Below are positions 36,941-45,966 of a DNA stretch of 64,000 nt, one piece after another. The first letter of the stretch is position 1, and every line of letters starts with the position of its first letter. The notes under the pieces are model-generated. The model saw nothing but the letters and a program-made list of their open reading frames with translations, searched no databases and was not told the origin of the DNA. Origin of the DNA: Lachnospiraceae bacterium. Its GTDB lineage: Bacteria > Bacillota > Clostridia > Lachnospirales > Lachnospiraceae. A program made the translations under genes and the position numbers. The stretch covers positions 40,718 to 104,717 of the forward strand of contig JAIKZQ010000050.1 in assembly GCA_024682075.1 (NCBI GenBank), read 5' to 3'.

Positions 36941-37831
36941 TCACTCCTTGACTCCGCCCATGTTAACGCCCTTTGCAAAATACTTCTGTATAAAGGGATA
37001 AATCACAAGTATCGGGATTATCGAACAGACAATAAGTGCATATATTATGGAGTCCGATGAATATACCTCGTTCCATCCTGCCGTATATTCGGGATCCTGA
37101 TACTGCTCAAGAAGCTCTCTTATGAACACCTGCAGAGGCTTTTCAAATCCTCTTGAGATCATCTGACGTGCCCAGAAATATCCGTTCCATCTCGATACTG
37201 CGAAGAACAGTGCAACCGTGGCTATCGTCGATTTGCTCATCGGAATGTAGACTGTCCTGAGCACCTGGAATTCCGTAGCTCCGTCCACTATCGCCGCTTC
37301 CTCGATCTCGGAAGGGATTCCTTCGAATGCATTTCTCAGAAGGATTATGTTCATTGCAGCCATTCCCATTGCAATGACTACAAGCCATTTATCATCCGTG
37401 ATCCCCACACTGTTAAAAACCGACTTCGTGGCCAGATAGTTAAGATACTGCGGAACTATTCCGGCAGAGAACCACATCGTGAATACAAGGAAGAAATTGA
37501 AGAACTTTCTGAACAGGAGGCGCTTCTTGGAGAGCGCATATGCTCCGAGGATCGAGTAAAACATTGCCCAGAGAGTTCCGAACACGGTGAGGAACAATGT
37601 GTTGGAATATGCATTCCAGAACATGTTGTCGCCAAACATCTTACGGAATGCGTCAAACTGTATGTTCTTGGGAAGAAGCACTATCTCGTTGTAATCGACT
37701 TCGTGGGCTCCGCTTATCGAAGCTGAGATCGCATAAACGAATGGATACAGACACATCAGTGCAAACACAGCCAGGAACAGATAGCTGAATATCTTGAATA
37801 TTAATTCTGATATTTCAAGTTTTCTTTTCAT
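36941..37831 (-). CDS. Carbohydrate ABC permease (MalG-like)
   Basis: EAA loop IPSEIEEAAIVDGATEFQ and FFAVSRWNGYF; ATG at 37831 after aggag. Confidence 0.9.
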   Translation of the reverse strand: MKRKLEISELIFKIFSYLFLAVFALMCLYPFVYAISASISGAHEVDYNEIVLLPKNIQFDAFRKMFGDNMFWNAYSNTLFLTVFGTLWAMFYSILGAYALSKKRLLFRKFFNFFLVFTMWFSAGIVPQYLNYLATKSVFNSVGITDDKWLVVIAMGMAAMNIILLRNAFEGIPSEIEEAAIVDGATEFQVLRTVYIPMSKSTIATVALFFAVSRWNGYFWARQMISRGFEKPLQVFIRELLEQYQDPEYTAGWNEVYSSDSIIYALIVCSIIPILVIYPFIQKYFAKGVNMGGVKE

Positions 37832-37842
37832 CTCCGCTCCTA

Positions 37843-38904
37843 TCAATAAAGTGACGTATCCGATGCCTTGCGGGCTATGGTATTGGCTCCGATGACAAGG
37901 AGCATGCTTATTACATTACTCATCATCTCCGCCGCGGAGGATATTCCCTTTGCCGCGCCCTCAAGTCCGTAACGGTTTGCGAGCGTCGAGACGACATCGG
38001 CTGTGATGAATGTGTTTGCGTTATACAAAAGAAGTACTTTTTCATATCCTATGGAAAGAAGAGTTCCTATCCTGGTTATGAGCATGATAACGATGGTTGA
38101 GAGAATGCTGGGAAGGACCACGTATCTCATCTGCGCCCATTTTCCGGCTCCGTCTATCTGGGCAGCTTCGTAACTGGTCGGGGAGATCGATATGATCGCC
38201 GCAAAGAAAACGATGCTTCCGTATCCCGAGCCCTCCCATATTCCGCTGAGAATGTATATGGGCCTGAAGAACCTCGGAAGATTAAGAAGTCCTGCATATG
38301 CCGTTTCCTGATCGACCATTCCGAGCTTGACAAGGAGCTGGGAAACAACACCCATGTTGGAAGTGAGTGCCCCCTGCTTGACCAGCATCACGACAAGAGA
38401 AGTGATGACAACCGTCGACATGAACTTGGGCAGATATGTAAGGACCTGGAAGACACTCCTGAGAATGTTGGAACGGATCTCATTAAAGAAAAGAGCCAGT
38501 ATTATCGGAAAAGGAAATCCGAATAAAAGTCCGTAGAAACTCAGGATGAAAGTATTCCTGAGTGCTCTCCAGAATTCAAAAGATATCGTAGTCTGACCGG
38601 AAAGAAGGACTTTAAAATTGTAGAATCCCGAAAAGAGCTGATCGGATACGGACAGAGTATTGTCGGAAACCTTGAAGCATCCGAGAAGCTCATACATGGG
38701 GAAATATCTCCAGAACAAAAATACGAGGAGCATCGGAATAAGCATCACATACAGACGCCAGTCCTTGACTATGGTGCGTCCTACGTGAAGCCAGTAATGC
38801 TTCTCGACATCATCTCTTACGGCCTGCTCGGGATCCATATGATAAGTGCCGTTTGCCTCATCGAATATGAGATAATCCGAACCCTTCGCTTTTGTATCAG
38901 CCAT
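37843..38904 (-). CDS. Carbohydrate ABC permease (LplB/MalF-like) with N-terminal extension
   Basis: LILALFFNEIR-type segment, TYLPKFMS, ISPTSYEAAQIDGAGKW and GYEKVLLLYN; ATG at 38904. Confidence 0.88.
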   Translation of the reverse strand: MADTKAKGSDYLIFDEANGTYHMDPEQAVRDDVEKHYWLHVGRTIVKDWRLYVMLIPMLLVFLFWRYFPMYELLGCFKVSDNTLSVSDQLFSGFYNFKVLLSGQTTISFEFWRALRNTFILSFYGLLFGFPFPIILALFFNEIRSNILRSVFQVLTYLPKFMSTVVITSLVVMLVKQGALTSNMGVVSQLLVKLGMVDQETAYAGLLNLPRFFRPIYILSGIWEGSGYGSIVFFAAIISISPTSYEAAQIDGAGKWAQMRYVVLPSILSTIVIMLITRIGTLLSIGYEKVLLLYNANTFITADVVSTLANRYGLEGAAKGISSAAEMMSNVISMLLVIGANTIARKASDTSLY

Positions 38905-39484
38905 TTTCGTTTTCCCCGTTTTGGTTCTGTTTCTGTAACCCAAGAAGATAAGATCTCTGATCTTCAAAAATCCCGTCCAGTCTGGATGCCGTAAAAACTA
39001 TCAGGATCGTGAACAATTCCGAAAGAGCATCCATGGTGATGAAATTAAGGATGGCTCCGATCCCGGCTCCCATGATAACAGCCACGATCCCGCGTCCTGT
39101 CTGCATCAGCAGCTGAACGGTCAGCGCATACCCTATCACCAGAAGAACGTTCCCCCGGATCCTGTCCTTGCCCAATGTTTTGATCAGGAGCATCGCGATA
39201 AGGGCGAATTCATTGCCTATTATGTATATGACCAGCTGCTCTGAGGTCCCGCCCTGAATACCCACATACACGATCCCGGCAAGAGCCGCATGAACGGCCG
39301 ACCACGTTCCCCATCTCATCATCACTATCGCCACAACCGCAGCAGATGCGGAAACGGTATAGAGCTGTCCCGGGAACCATTTGCCGGAAGCCGATATTAT
39401 CACCGCTTCGGATACGACGAGGATGATCCCAAACAGAAGATTGTCTATGAACCTGTATTGTCCGTAACTTATCTGTCTGTCCAT
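38897..39484 (-). CDS. Uncharacterised multi-TM protein, first gene of the ABC operon
   Basis: 195 aa with about six hydrophobic segments; RBS gaggag; overlaps the permease start. Confidence 0.75.
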   Translation of the reverse strand: MDRQISYGQYRFIDNLLFGIILVVSEAVIISASGKWFPGQLYTVSASAAVVAIVMMRWGTWSAVHAALAGIVYVGIQGGTSEQLVIYIIGNEFALIAMLLIKTLGKDRIRGNVLLVIGYALTVQLLMQTGRGIVAVIMGAGIGAILNFITMDALSELFTILIVFTASRLDGIFEDQRSYLLGLQKQNQNGENENG

Positions 39485-39548
39485 AAAAGTCTCTCCTCAC
39501 AGTGCAGGGGACTCTCATTATTCCGCGTTTTTTCAATGATCTGCACGA

Positions 39549-39623
39549 TGTAAGCGCTTACTTGATGAGACGATTATAACAATTCATTTTCATAAATGCA
39601 ACTGAAAAATGTAAGCGCTTTTA
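39549..39623 (-). promoter_or_regulatory. ABC-operon promoter flanked by two LacI/CcpA(cre)-type operators
   Basis: Minus strand TTGCAT-N17-TG.TATAAT (-35 at 39596-39601, -10 at 39573-39578); operators tgtaagcgcttact (39549-39562) and tgtaagcgctttta (39610-39623). Confidence 0.8.
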
Positions 39624-39882
39624 TTGTGCAAATTATACATAAAAGCACGAATTTATGCGGTTTCCCGGATGCCAGTTTCAGGTCTGTGATAGTTCTTCTT
39701 ACATGTTCTTTCATAAAATTTTCATAAACTCTCCGATCTATTGAAAGCATGTCGCAAAACGGTCCGTATCCTTAATAGGCTCTGGATTTATGCGGTTTTT
39801 GATGTTTCTGCCCATATTTGGTGCAATGTCCCCGTCACGGAAACTTGAAATTGCTTACATCGGCTCCCTCTTCAAATCCCGA

Positions 39883-39911
39883 TTGACTCAAACCTCAAAA
39901 ACATATATATT
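39883..39911 (+). promoter_or_regulatory. Promoter for tRNA-Ser
   Basis: TTGACT-N17-TATATT about 45 nt upstream of the tRNA. Confidence 0.6.
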
Positions 39912-39954
39912 AGGATAGTTGAAAAAAAGTCCCTTACGAGGACTTTGGCAAACT

Positions 39955-40040
39955 GGAGACGTATCGAAGTGGTTATAACGGGGCGCACTCGAAATGCGTT
40001 TGCCCTCCGGGGCACGAGGGTTCGAATCCCTCCGTCTCCG
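39955..40040 (+). tRNA. tRNA-Ser (anticodon CGA), long variable arm, CCA not encoded
   Basis: Acceptor ggagacg/cgtctcc plus discriminator G; anticodon arm gcgca-ctCGAaa-tgcgt; variable arm tgccc-tccg-gggca; T arm gaggg-TTCGAAT-ccctc. Confidence 0.95.
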
Positions 40041-40041
40041 T

Positions 40042-40073
40042 AAGCTTCCGCCGGACCGGCGGAAGCTTTTTTT
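40042..40073 (+). terminator. Intrinsic terminator after the tRNA
   Basis: aagcttccgccg-gac-cggcggaagctt followed by a T run. Confidence 0.9.
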
Positions 40074-40108
40074 CATCACGTGATTTCTGTAATAACTGGG
40101 AGAAAAAA

Positions 40109-41434
40109 ATGGGACTTTTCGGAAACCCTTGCTCAGAAGCGTCATTTGTCTTCGGCATTGAAGACTTATTTCATCTGAAGAGCGGAAAAGACATCGTAGT
40201 AATTGGAACAGTGAAGGGAACTGTCAGACCCGGCTGCGAGGCAAATGTCATCAATCCGGGTGATGATGAGCAGTCCGTGACAAAGATCCGCATAAAGAGA
40301 CTTGAGATAAACAACCGTCCCGTGTCCGAAGCTTCGGATACACTCGTGGCCATAATGACCGAAGCACCCGCTGACCTGAATCTCCGCATCGGTTCGGTTT
40401 TCTTCAGCGAAAGCTCCTCAGATGACGACATTTATTCGTGCTACGTGGGGGCACTCGGGCATTCGTTCGGTGCGGTCAGGCGGTTTAGCATAGAACCGGA
40501 AAATCTGGAAAAGATGAGCATAGGCGATCTTGCCGAGACCTGGATACACGCAAGATACGCCATGGATGCTGCGGATGATATGACGGACGAAACCCGGGAT
40601 GTCATTTATTCAAGGCTGGGAAGCATCGCGCAAAAATTGATCTCAGGGATCCTCAGCGCAAAAGAGATCTTCTATGTTTACAACGCCCGAACCGATGAAG
40701 CGCATATGTTCAGTCAGACCCGTCTGCGTGACGATGAATACGAATGCCTTCCTCCACACATTCTCCTTATACCGAAATCGCACGCCCTGCGTCTTTCGAA
40801 ACAGTTCGAACAGGATGACTTCGAGATCCGCTCCGTGGAAAACGGCGAGGATGGAAAAGGAATCTACAACTTCCTCGGAAATGCGTTCTACCTTAACGGA
40901 GCAGCAGGAATATCGGTTCTGTCAACGCTGATCCTGATAGATGCTTCCTTTGTTGTTCGGAAACCATCTTATGAAGGAGTGCCCAAAGCAAGCATCCCCG
41001 TCACCAACCCGGATCTTGTAAGATGGCTGCTTCTGATGGGACAGATGAGCGAGCCCTTCACAGACGACGCAGACCTCATACACGAGCTGTATTACGGATG
41101 CTTCCTGGATGAACTCCCTAAGGCCAGACTTCTGATACCGATAAAAGGCGGACTTGGCGAAGAAGAGGCGGATGAGGAAGGAAACGTCATGCTTCAGGAA
41201 GGTCAGGCCCTCACTCTGCCGATAATGCCGGGCTATGACGGAAAAGAAGCTGTCGCGATGTTCACCGACTGGCAAAAACTTCGCAAGCAATTCGATATGT
41301 CATGGAGCGGAATGGTCGAAACGGTAGGCGGGATCATAGAGCGTTATGACTGTGCGATCAACGCAACAAAGTTTGTTGCGGCAGGATGTTACGTGGACAG
41401 TGATGCTTATGACGCTGCGCTGGACAGACAGTAA
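40109..41434 (+). CDS. SseB-family protein with an N-terminal EF-Tu domain II-like beta-barrel
   Basis: N-terminal FVFGIEDLFHLKSGKDIVVIGTVKGTVRPG; C-terminal ARLLIP...AVAMFTDWQKL...AIN. Confidence 0.6.
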   Translation: MGLFGNPCSEASFVFGIEDLFHLKSGKDIVVIGTVKGTVRPGCEANVINPGDDEQSVTKIRIKRLEINNRPVSEASDTLVAIMTEAPADLNLRIGSVFFSESSSDDDIYSCYVGALGHSFGAVRRFSIEPENLEKMSIGDLAETWIHARYAMDAADDMTDETRDVIYSRLGSIAQKLISGILSAKEIFYVYNARTDEAHMFSQTRLRDDEYECLPPHILLIPKSHALRLSKQFEQDDFEIRSVENGEDGKGIYNFLGNAFYLNGAAGISVLSTLILIDASFVVRKPSYEGVPKASIPVTNPDLVRWLLLMGQMSEPFTDDADLIHELYYGCFLDELPKARLLIPIKGGLGEEEADEEGNVMLQEGQALTLPIMPGYDGKEAVAMFTDWQKLRKQFDMSWSGMVETVGGIIERYDCAINATKFVAAGCYVDSDAYDAALDRQ

Positions 41435-41441
41435 AAAAATG

Positions 41442-41486
41442 AGTGCTGAAGTACCGGACATGCCTTCCGGAACTTCAGCACTTTTA
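41442..41486. terminator. Bidirectional terminator between convergent genes
   Basis: agtgctgaagt-accgga-N7-tccgga-acttcagcact, with an A run before and a T run after. Confidence 0.8.
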
Positions 41487-41531
41487 TTATATTCTTCTGT
41501 TCTCCCGTATTCTTAAGTTCTCTTCCGTTCT

Positions 41532-43358
41532 TCAGTTTTCTTCGGGAAGATAATCCGTTATGTCCACAGGAGTTCCATTCAGCGTGAGCATGATACCGAG
41601 ATGAGGCCCCGTTGACCTGCCCGTATTTCCGAGAGTTCCTATCACATCACCTGAAGTAACCACATCTCCCGGAGCGACATTCATATCGTCAAGATGACTG
41701 TATCTGATCTCCGCATTCATCCCTTCAATTTCAATCTTAAGGATCACCGTATTGCCGGTAGCTGCATCGAAGAACGCATCCGTCACCGTGCCGGCACAGA
41801 CCGCATACACAGGCGTGCCCTCTTCACCGCATATATCGGTTTCGGGATGAGTCTCGGCATCAAATCCTCTGGTGATGATAAAACTGTCATAAGGCATCCC
41901 CAGAACCAATGAAACCGTCTGTTCATCACCTTCGGTGACATCACCTGCATTCACGGTACTGCCTTCAGCACCTTCTGCATTTTCATTATCAGCCACCGGG
42001 ACTTCCGCTCCGTACTCCTCTTCCGGATGATATGTTACAAACTCTTCGCCATCCTTTAAGCTTACAAGAAGAAAATTATCGGATCCCTCCTCAATGAAGA
42101 ACAGTGAGTCTCCCTCAATCCTGAATCTGTTCACTCTGGGAGTACATACATACGGATCATCGTTAAGTGTAAGGATTCCATCCTCTATCGTGTATTTTCC
42201 GCATCCAATATAACTGCTTACAGGACTTTCGTACCAGGTATAGGCTCCGTCGGAATTAAGAGAGATCGTAAAATCTATCCACTGACCATCTTCTGTCATG
42301 CCTGTATTTCCCGAGTAAGCATAAACGCGATCAATGACCTGCCCTTCGGAGTCTCCCGCTGTTTCTTCATCCGTAACCGTGACAACGGGAAGTTCCTCAC
42401 CGTCAGATGATGCCGCATTAACGGAAGTTCTCTTCGGATCCGTTGCAAAACATGCCGCAACCGCCACACATGCCATCAAAGATGTCATGATGATCCAGAA
42501 CGCAGGCTTTCTGTAATTAAGTATTCCCCTGACCCTGCTTTTAACATCGGTCTCTCCGAACGCTACCGGGCAGGCGGCAATGGATCTTCTGCGGATACTG
42601 CAGTTAAGCAGTGCCTGGGAATATGCAGCCATGTAATCACGGTCCTTGTCACGGATGACTTTTTCATCGCATGCCGCCTCAATATCCCTGCACAGGAGCA
42701 CATAAGCGATCCAGCAAAGAGGATTGAACCAGTATACGGAAAGAATCAAATATCCCAAAGGCTTCCACAGATGATCGCGCCTTTTAAGATGAGCTCTTTC
42801 ATGCGCCGTCACGTATTCATACATTTCTTTATCCATTCCGGACGGAACATATATCACCGGACGAAGGATTCCCAATATAAAAGGTGACCTTACCTCATCG
42901 CACTCGTACACGCCTTCCGCTACAGGAGCCGAGACCCTGACCTTCCTCTTAAGCATCAGAAAGCTTATAAGTGCATAAACGACCATCGCCGCTGCTCCTG
43001 TTATCCACAGGCATCCCATCACGAAGACTGCGACCTGCATCGGATTAACACTCGATCCCGGATCGGGCGCCATGGTCTGTGACACAACCGGATTGACCGC
43101 ATTATCGATCACCCTGATACCGGAATAAATATGGGGATCCGTCATTATGCTTTCCGGGATGACTTCACCGCTCGGAAGAAGACTCAGCACGCTCTGGAAA
43201 GACAACGGACATACAAGCCTGAATGCCACGATCCCCCAAAGCATGCACGATGCCCATTTAGGCGCCTTCTTAAGAGGGATCCTCAGGAGCATCACTGCCA
43301 GGATCAGCCATGATGCATTCAGTGTCATATTCAGTAATTTCAAAAACACACCGCTCAT
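41532..43358 (-). CDS. BlaR1/MecR1-type M56 metallopeptidase signal transducer with a C-terminal (degenerate) M23 domain
   Basis: SPFILG, AHERAHLKRRDH (HExxH), YWFNPL and EAACDE; C-terminal HPETD, GTPVYAV.AG.V, YSHL and STGPHLG. Confidence 0.88.
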   Translation of the reverse strand: MSGVFLKLLNMTLNASWLILAVMLLRIPLKKAPKWASCMLWGIVAFRLVCPLSFQSVLSLLPSGEVIPESIMTDPHIYSGIRVIDNAVNPVVSQTMAPDPGSSVNPMQVAVFVMGCLWITGAAAMVVYALISFLMLKRKVRVSAPVAEGVYECDEVRSPFILGILRPVIYVPSGMDKEMYEYVTAHERAHLKRRDHLWKPLGYLILSVYWFNPLCWIAYVLLCRDIEAACDEKVIRDKDRDYMAAYSQALLNCSIRRRSIAACPVAFGETDVKSRVRGILNYRKPAFWIIMTSLMACVAVAACFATDPKRTSVNAASSDGEELPVVTVTDEETAGDSEGQVIDRVYAYSGNTGMTEDGQWIDFTISLNSDGAYTWYESPVSSYIGCGKYTIEDGILTLNDDPYVCTPRVNRFRIEGDSLFFIEEGSDNFLLVSLKDGEEFVTYHPEEEYGAEVPVADNENAEGAEGSTVNAGDVTEGDEQTVSLVLGMPYDSFIITRGFDAETHPETDICGEEGTPVYAVCAGTVTDAFFDAATGNTVILKIEIEGMNAEIRYSHLDDMNVAPGDVVTSGDVIGTLGNTGRSTGPHLGIMLTLNGTPVDITDYLPEEN

Positions 43359-43364
43359 CGTTTC

Positions 43365-43730
43365 TCAATCCCCCTTTTTAAAAGCGTCGATCATCTTCTG
43401 GATCTCATCCACTTCTTTTTTGCTCAGCTTTTTATGGGAAGTGAATGCCGCAATGAACGCCGGAAGAGACCCGTTATATGAATCATCAACGATCTGCTTG
43501 CTCTTTGCGGAATAAAAATCCTCCCGGCTTATCAGAGAAGTGACCACGCCGTTTTCATTTTGCAGAAGTCCTTTTTCGCAAAGCTTTCTCAGCACCGTAT
43601 ATGTTGTGGGCTTTTTCCATTCGAGTTCCTTCTCGCACAGCTTTACCAGTTCTCCGGATCCGACGGGCTCATTGGCCCACACGATATCCGCAAATCTTTC
43701 CTGGACAGCTGCAAGTTCTATTTCAGCCAT
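43365..43730 (-). CDS. BlaI/MecI/CopY family repressor
   Basis: WKKPTTYTVLRKLCEKG...SLISREDF; RBS ggagg then ATG at 43730. Confidence 0.9.
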   Translation of the reverse strand: MAEIELAAVQERFADIVWANEPVGSGELVKLCEKELEWKKPTTYTVLRKLCEKGLLQNENGVVTSLISREDFYSAKSKQIVDDSYNGSLPAFIAAFTSHKKLSKKEVDEIQKMIDAFKKGD

Positions 43731-43747
43731 TTGAATGTCCTCCGTTG

Positions 43748-43787
43748 GTTTACACCTGTAAACTAATGCGAGTTTACACCTATAAAC
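43748..43787. promoter_or_regulatory. Two BlaI-type operators (TACA-N2-TGTA)
   Basis: gtttacacctgtaaac (43748-43763, perfect inverted repeat) and gtttacacctataaac (43772-43787), 24 bp apart, just upstream of the repressor RBS. Confidence 0.85.
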
Positions 43788-43827
43788 CAAACATGTCAAC
43801 AATATTTTTTAACAAAAACAGGCAGTG

Positions 43828-43861
43828 AAAAGCGGCTCTGCCCTCCTGCAGGCAAAGCCGC
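43828..43861 (-). terminator. Intrinsic terminator after the EAL gene
   Basis: Minus strand gcggctttgcc-N8-ggcagagccgc followed by tttt. Confidence 0.7.
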
Positions 43862-43908
43862 CCTGTTCATATTGTCTTTTACATCCTTCTTCCCGTCCGC
43901 GATGCGGA

Positions 43909-45876
43909 TCACGAAGCCTTCATGGATCTCTTGCAGAATTCTATGAACTCAGCTTCAGGCATAGGCTTGGCATAATAGAATCCCTGAATATACTCGCAGC
44001 CCATTTCTGAGAACCACTCAGCCTTTTCCCTGTCTTCAACGCCTTCAACCACGATCTCCGCTCCGAGGCTTTTAAGAAGGCTGATCGTCTGTCTCATTAT
44101 CTCATAGCTTCTCTGGTCTGTCAGACTGTCCACAAGGGACTTATCCAGCTTGATGATCCTGTAAGGGAAGTTCATGACGCGTCCGAGGTTGGAATAACCG
44201 GAACCGTAATCATCGAGCGAGAAGCCGTTGCCGTTGCCAGATATGTCGTTCATCGTCCTGAGGACCGCCTCTGCAAAATAATCGGAAGCAGTCTCGGTTA
44301 TCTCAAAATTGATACGGTTCGGGGAGATCGAATATTCCTCAAGCACTTCTTTTATCTTGGATGCCATGTTGGCCTGCATGCACTGAACGACGGACAGATT
44401 CACTTCAACGAATCTGATGCCCGTGTTTTCTTCTTCCATGTCGGACAAAAACCGGCATACATCCTTGATGACAAAATCACCTATCTGCAAAATGCTTCCG
44501 CTCTTCTCCGCAGCGGGTATGAACAATCCGGGCGAGATGAAACCGAGCTGATCATCCTTAAGCCTGATCAATGCCTCAGCGGAAACGAACCTGCCTTCCT
44601 TTGTCGAATAGATCGGCTGGTAATACATCTCGAACTTCTCGTTCTTGATAGCCTCGGTGATTATCCTGTCAATATTGTTCCTGACTATGAAATCCTTCTC
44701 AGGTGCCATCTCGGAATATCTGACGTATTTGTTCAGCGGAACAGCAAGATGGTATGTTTCGGAGAGCTTGATCAGCTGTCTCTCATTTCCGATCTCGTTG
44801 GGAACGATCACGCCGCAGATTGCAAAGTCGAGCTTGAGTCTGATGCCATCCACCTCGAACAGATCCCTCAGTTTGGGGATCATTGTCTGTGCGGTGCTTT
44901 CAATGACCGAGACATTGTAATTGCCTCTTATGACATAGGCAAACAGACCGTTCTTGAGATAGTAAAGGTTCATGTCCTCACCGGTCTTGACCTTGAACAT
45001 CGAATAGAAGCTGTCCGCGATATCCCTTAAAAGAATGGAATACATCTCCGAGCCGAGCGTGGTCCTGATGGAAGCCACATTACGCAGCTTTCCGAACATG
45101 ACAAACGCGTCATCATTTGAAGCATACACATTTCTGACACTGCGCCTGAAAGCCGTATATGACTTTGCGCCGGTCTCCATGTCAAGGTACTCCTCGGGAC
45201 TGATGACAAAGAAACTCAGAACCAGAGCACTGATAGCGAATCCGAACATCTGGACAAGAAGATGGGGCCTTAAGCTTTGAATATTGAAAGAGATGATGTT
45301 AAGAGGGAACACCACCATGAGAGCGGCAAATTTCACCTTATCCAGCATCTTTTTGTAATAGCAGTAGATGATATGGATAAAGGCAAAAGCCACGTAATAA
45401 TATCCTACCGCAACAACCGCCCACATCATAGTGCCGCGATGATACTCGACATCCATCTCCCCGACCCTGGTGTAATAAAACACCGAATGAGTAAACGAGT
45501 TCATTATCACCAGACCCAGATCTGCGATAATGGGCAGTAAATAAAGAATCCTTGTTAAGCGGTTTCTAACGATCCTGCGGAATGTTCCGGTCATCTTTCC
45601 AACCATATAGATATATGATGCGTAACCGAAGACATTTAGAAGATTATATGCAGAACACCAGAATTCCCTGAACGACAGGGAGCTTGAGACCGGCCTGATA
45701 ACCGTAAGCGGAGCCGCACGAAAAATATCCGCCACGGCAAGAATGAGGAGGATCATAACATAATGCACAAAGGCTCTGTTTTCTTTGCCACGGTACATTC
45801 TGCGGAATATTAACGATGCCAGCAGAGCTATATAGACAAATATTGCCGCCAGATCAAGGTAATAAACCCTATACAT
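43909..45876 (-). CDS. c-di-GMP phosphodiesterase: multi-TM sensor, degenerate GGDEF-like region, EAL domain
   Basis: YYQPI, AEALIRL, VNLS, EITET, LDDYGSGYS, IKLDKS, EGVE and QGFYYAKP; no GGDEF motif. Confidence 0.9.
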   Translation of the reverse strand: MYRVYYLDLAAIFVYIALLASLIFRRMYRGKENRAFVHYVMILLILAVADIFRAAPLTVIRPVSSSLSFREFWCSAYNLLNVFGYASYIYMVGKMTGTFRRIVRNRLTRILYLLPIIADLGLVIMNSFTHSVFYYTRVGEMDVEYHRGTMMWAVVAVGYYYVAFAFIHIIYCYYKKMLDKVKFAALMVVFPLNIISFNIQSLRPHLLVQMFGFAISALVLSFFVISPEEYLDMETGAKSYTAFRRSVRNVYASNDDAFVMFGKLRNVASIRTTLGSEMYSILLRDIADSFYSMFKVKTGEDMNLYYLKNGLFAYVIRGNYNVSVIESTAQTMIPKLRDLFEVDGIRLKLDFAICGVIVPNEIGNERQLIKLSETYHLAVPLNKYVRYSEMAPEKDFIVRNNIDRIITEAIKNEKFEMYYQPIYSTKEGRFVSAEALIRLKDDQLGFISPGLFIPAAEKSGSILQIGDFVIKDVCRFLSDMEEENTGIRFVEVNLSVVQCMQANMASKIKEVLEEYSISPNRINFEITETASDYFAEAVLRTMNDISGNGNGFSLDDYGSGYSNLGRVMNFPYRIIKLDKSLVDSLTDQRSYEIMRQTISLLKSLGAEIVVEGVEDREKAEWFSEMGCEYIQGFYYAKPMPEAEFIEFCKRSMKAS

Positions 45877-45966
45877 GGAAAACCCCTTTACAGTGAGTTA
45901 TCCTCCCTTTTTCCCTCAGATAATATTTTCACACAACAGGAAAAGGCTTTCAAGACTCCGGGATAA

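Noticed and set aside
39955-40040. tRNA-Ser as an integration site for a genomic island
   Set aside because: I found no duplicated tRNA 3' end and no integrase in the window, and the tRNA is followed directly by its own terminator.
39888-40158. Small minus-strand ORFs at 39888-40145 and 39973-40158
   Set aside because: They are antisense translations of the tRNA gene and its terminator (RRRRDSNPR is the typical tRNA shadow peptide).
43731-43802. N-terminal extension MLTCLVYRCKLALVYRCKP on BlaI, with an apparent LVYRCK peptide repeat
   Set aside because: This is the translation of the two DNA operators. The RBS-supported start is at 43730.
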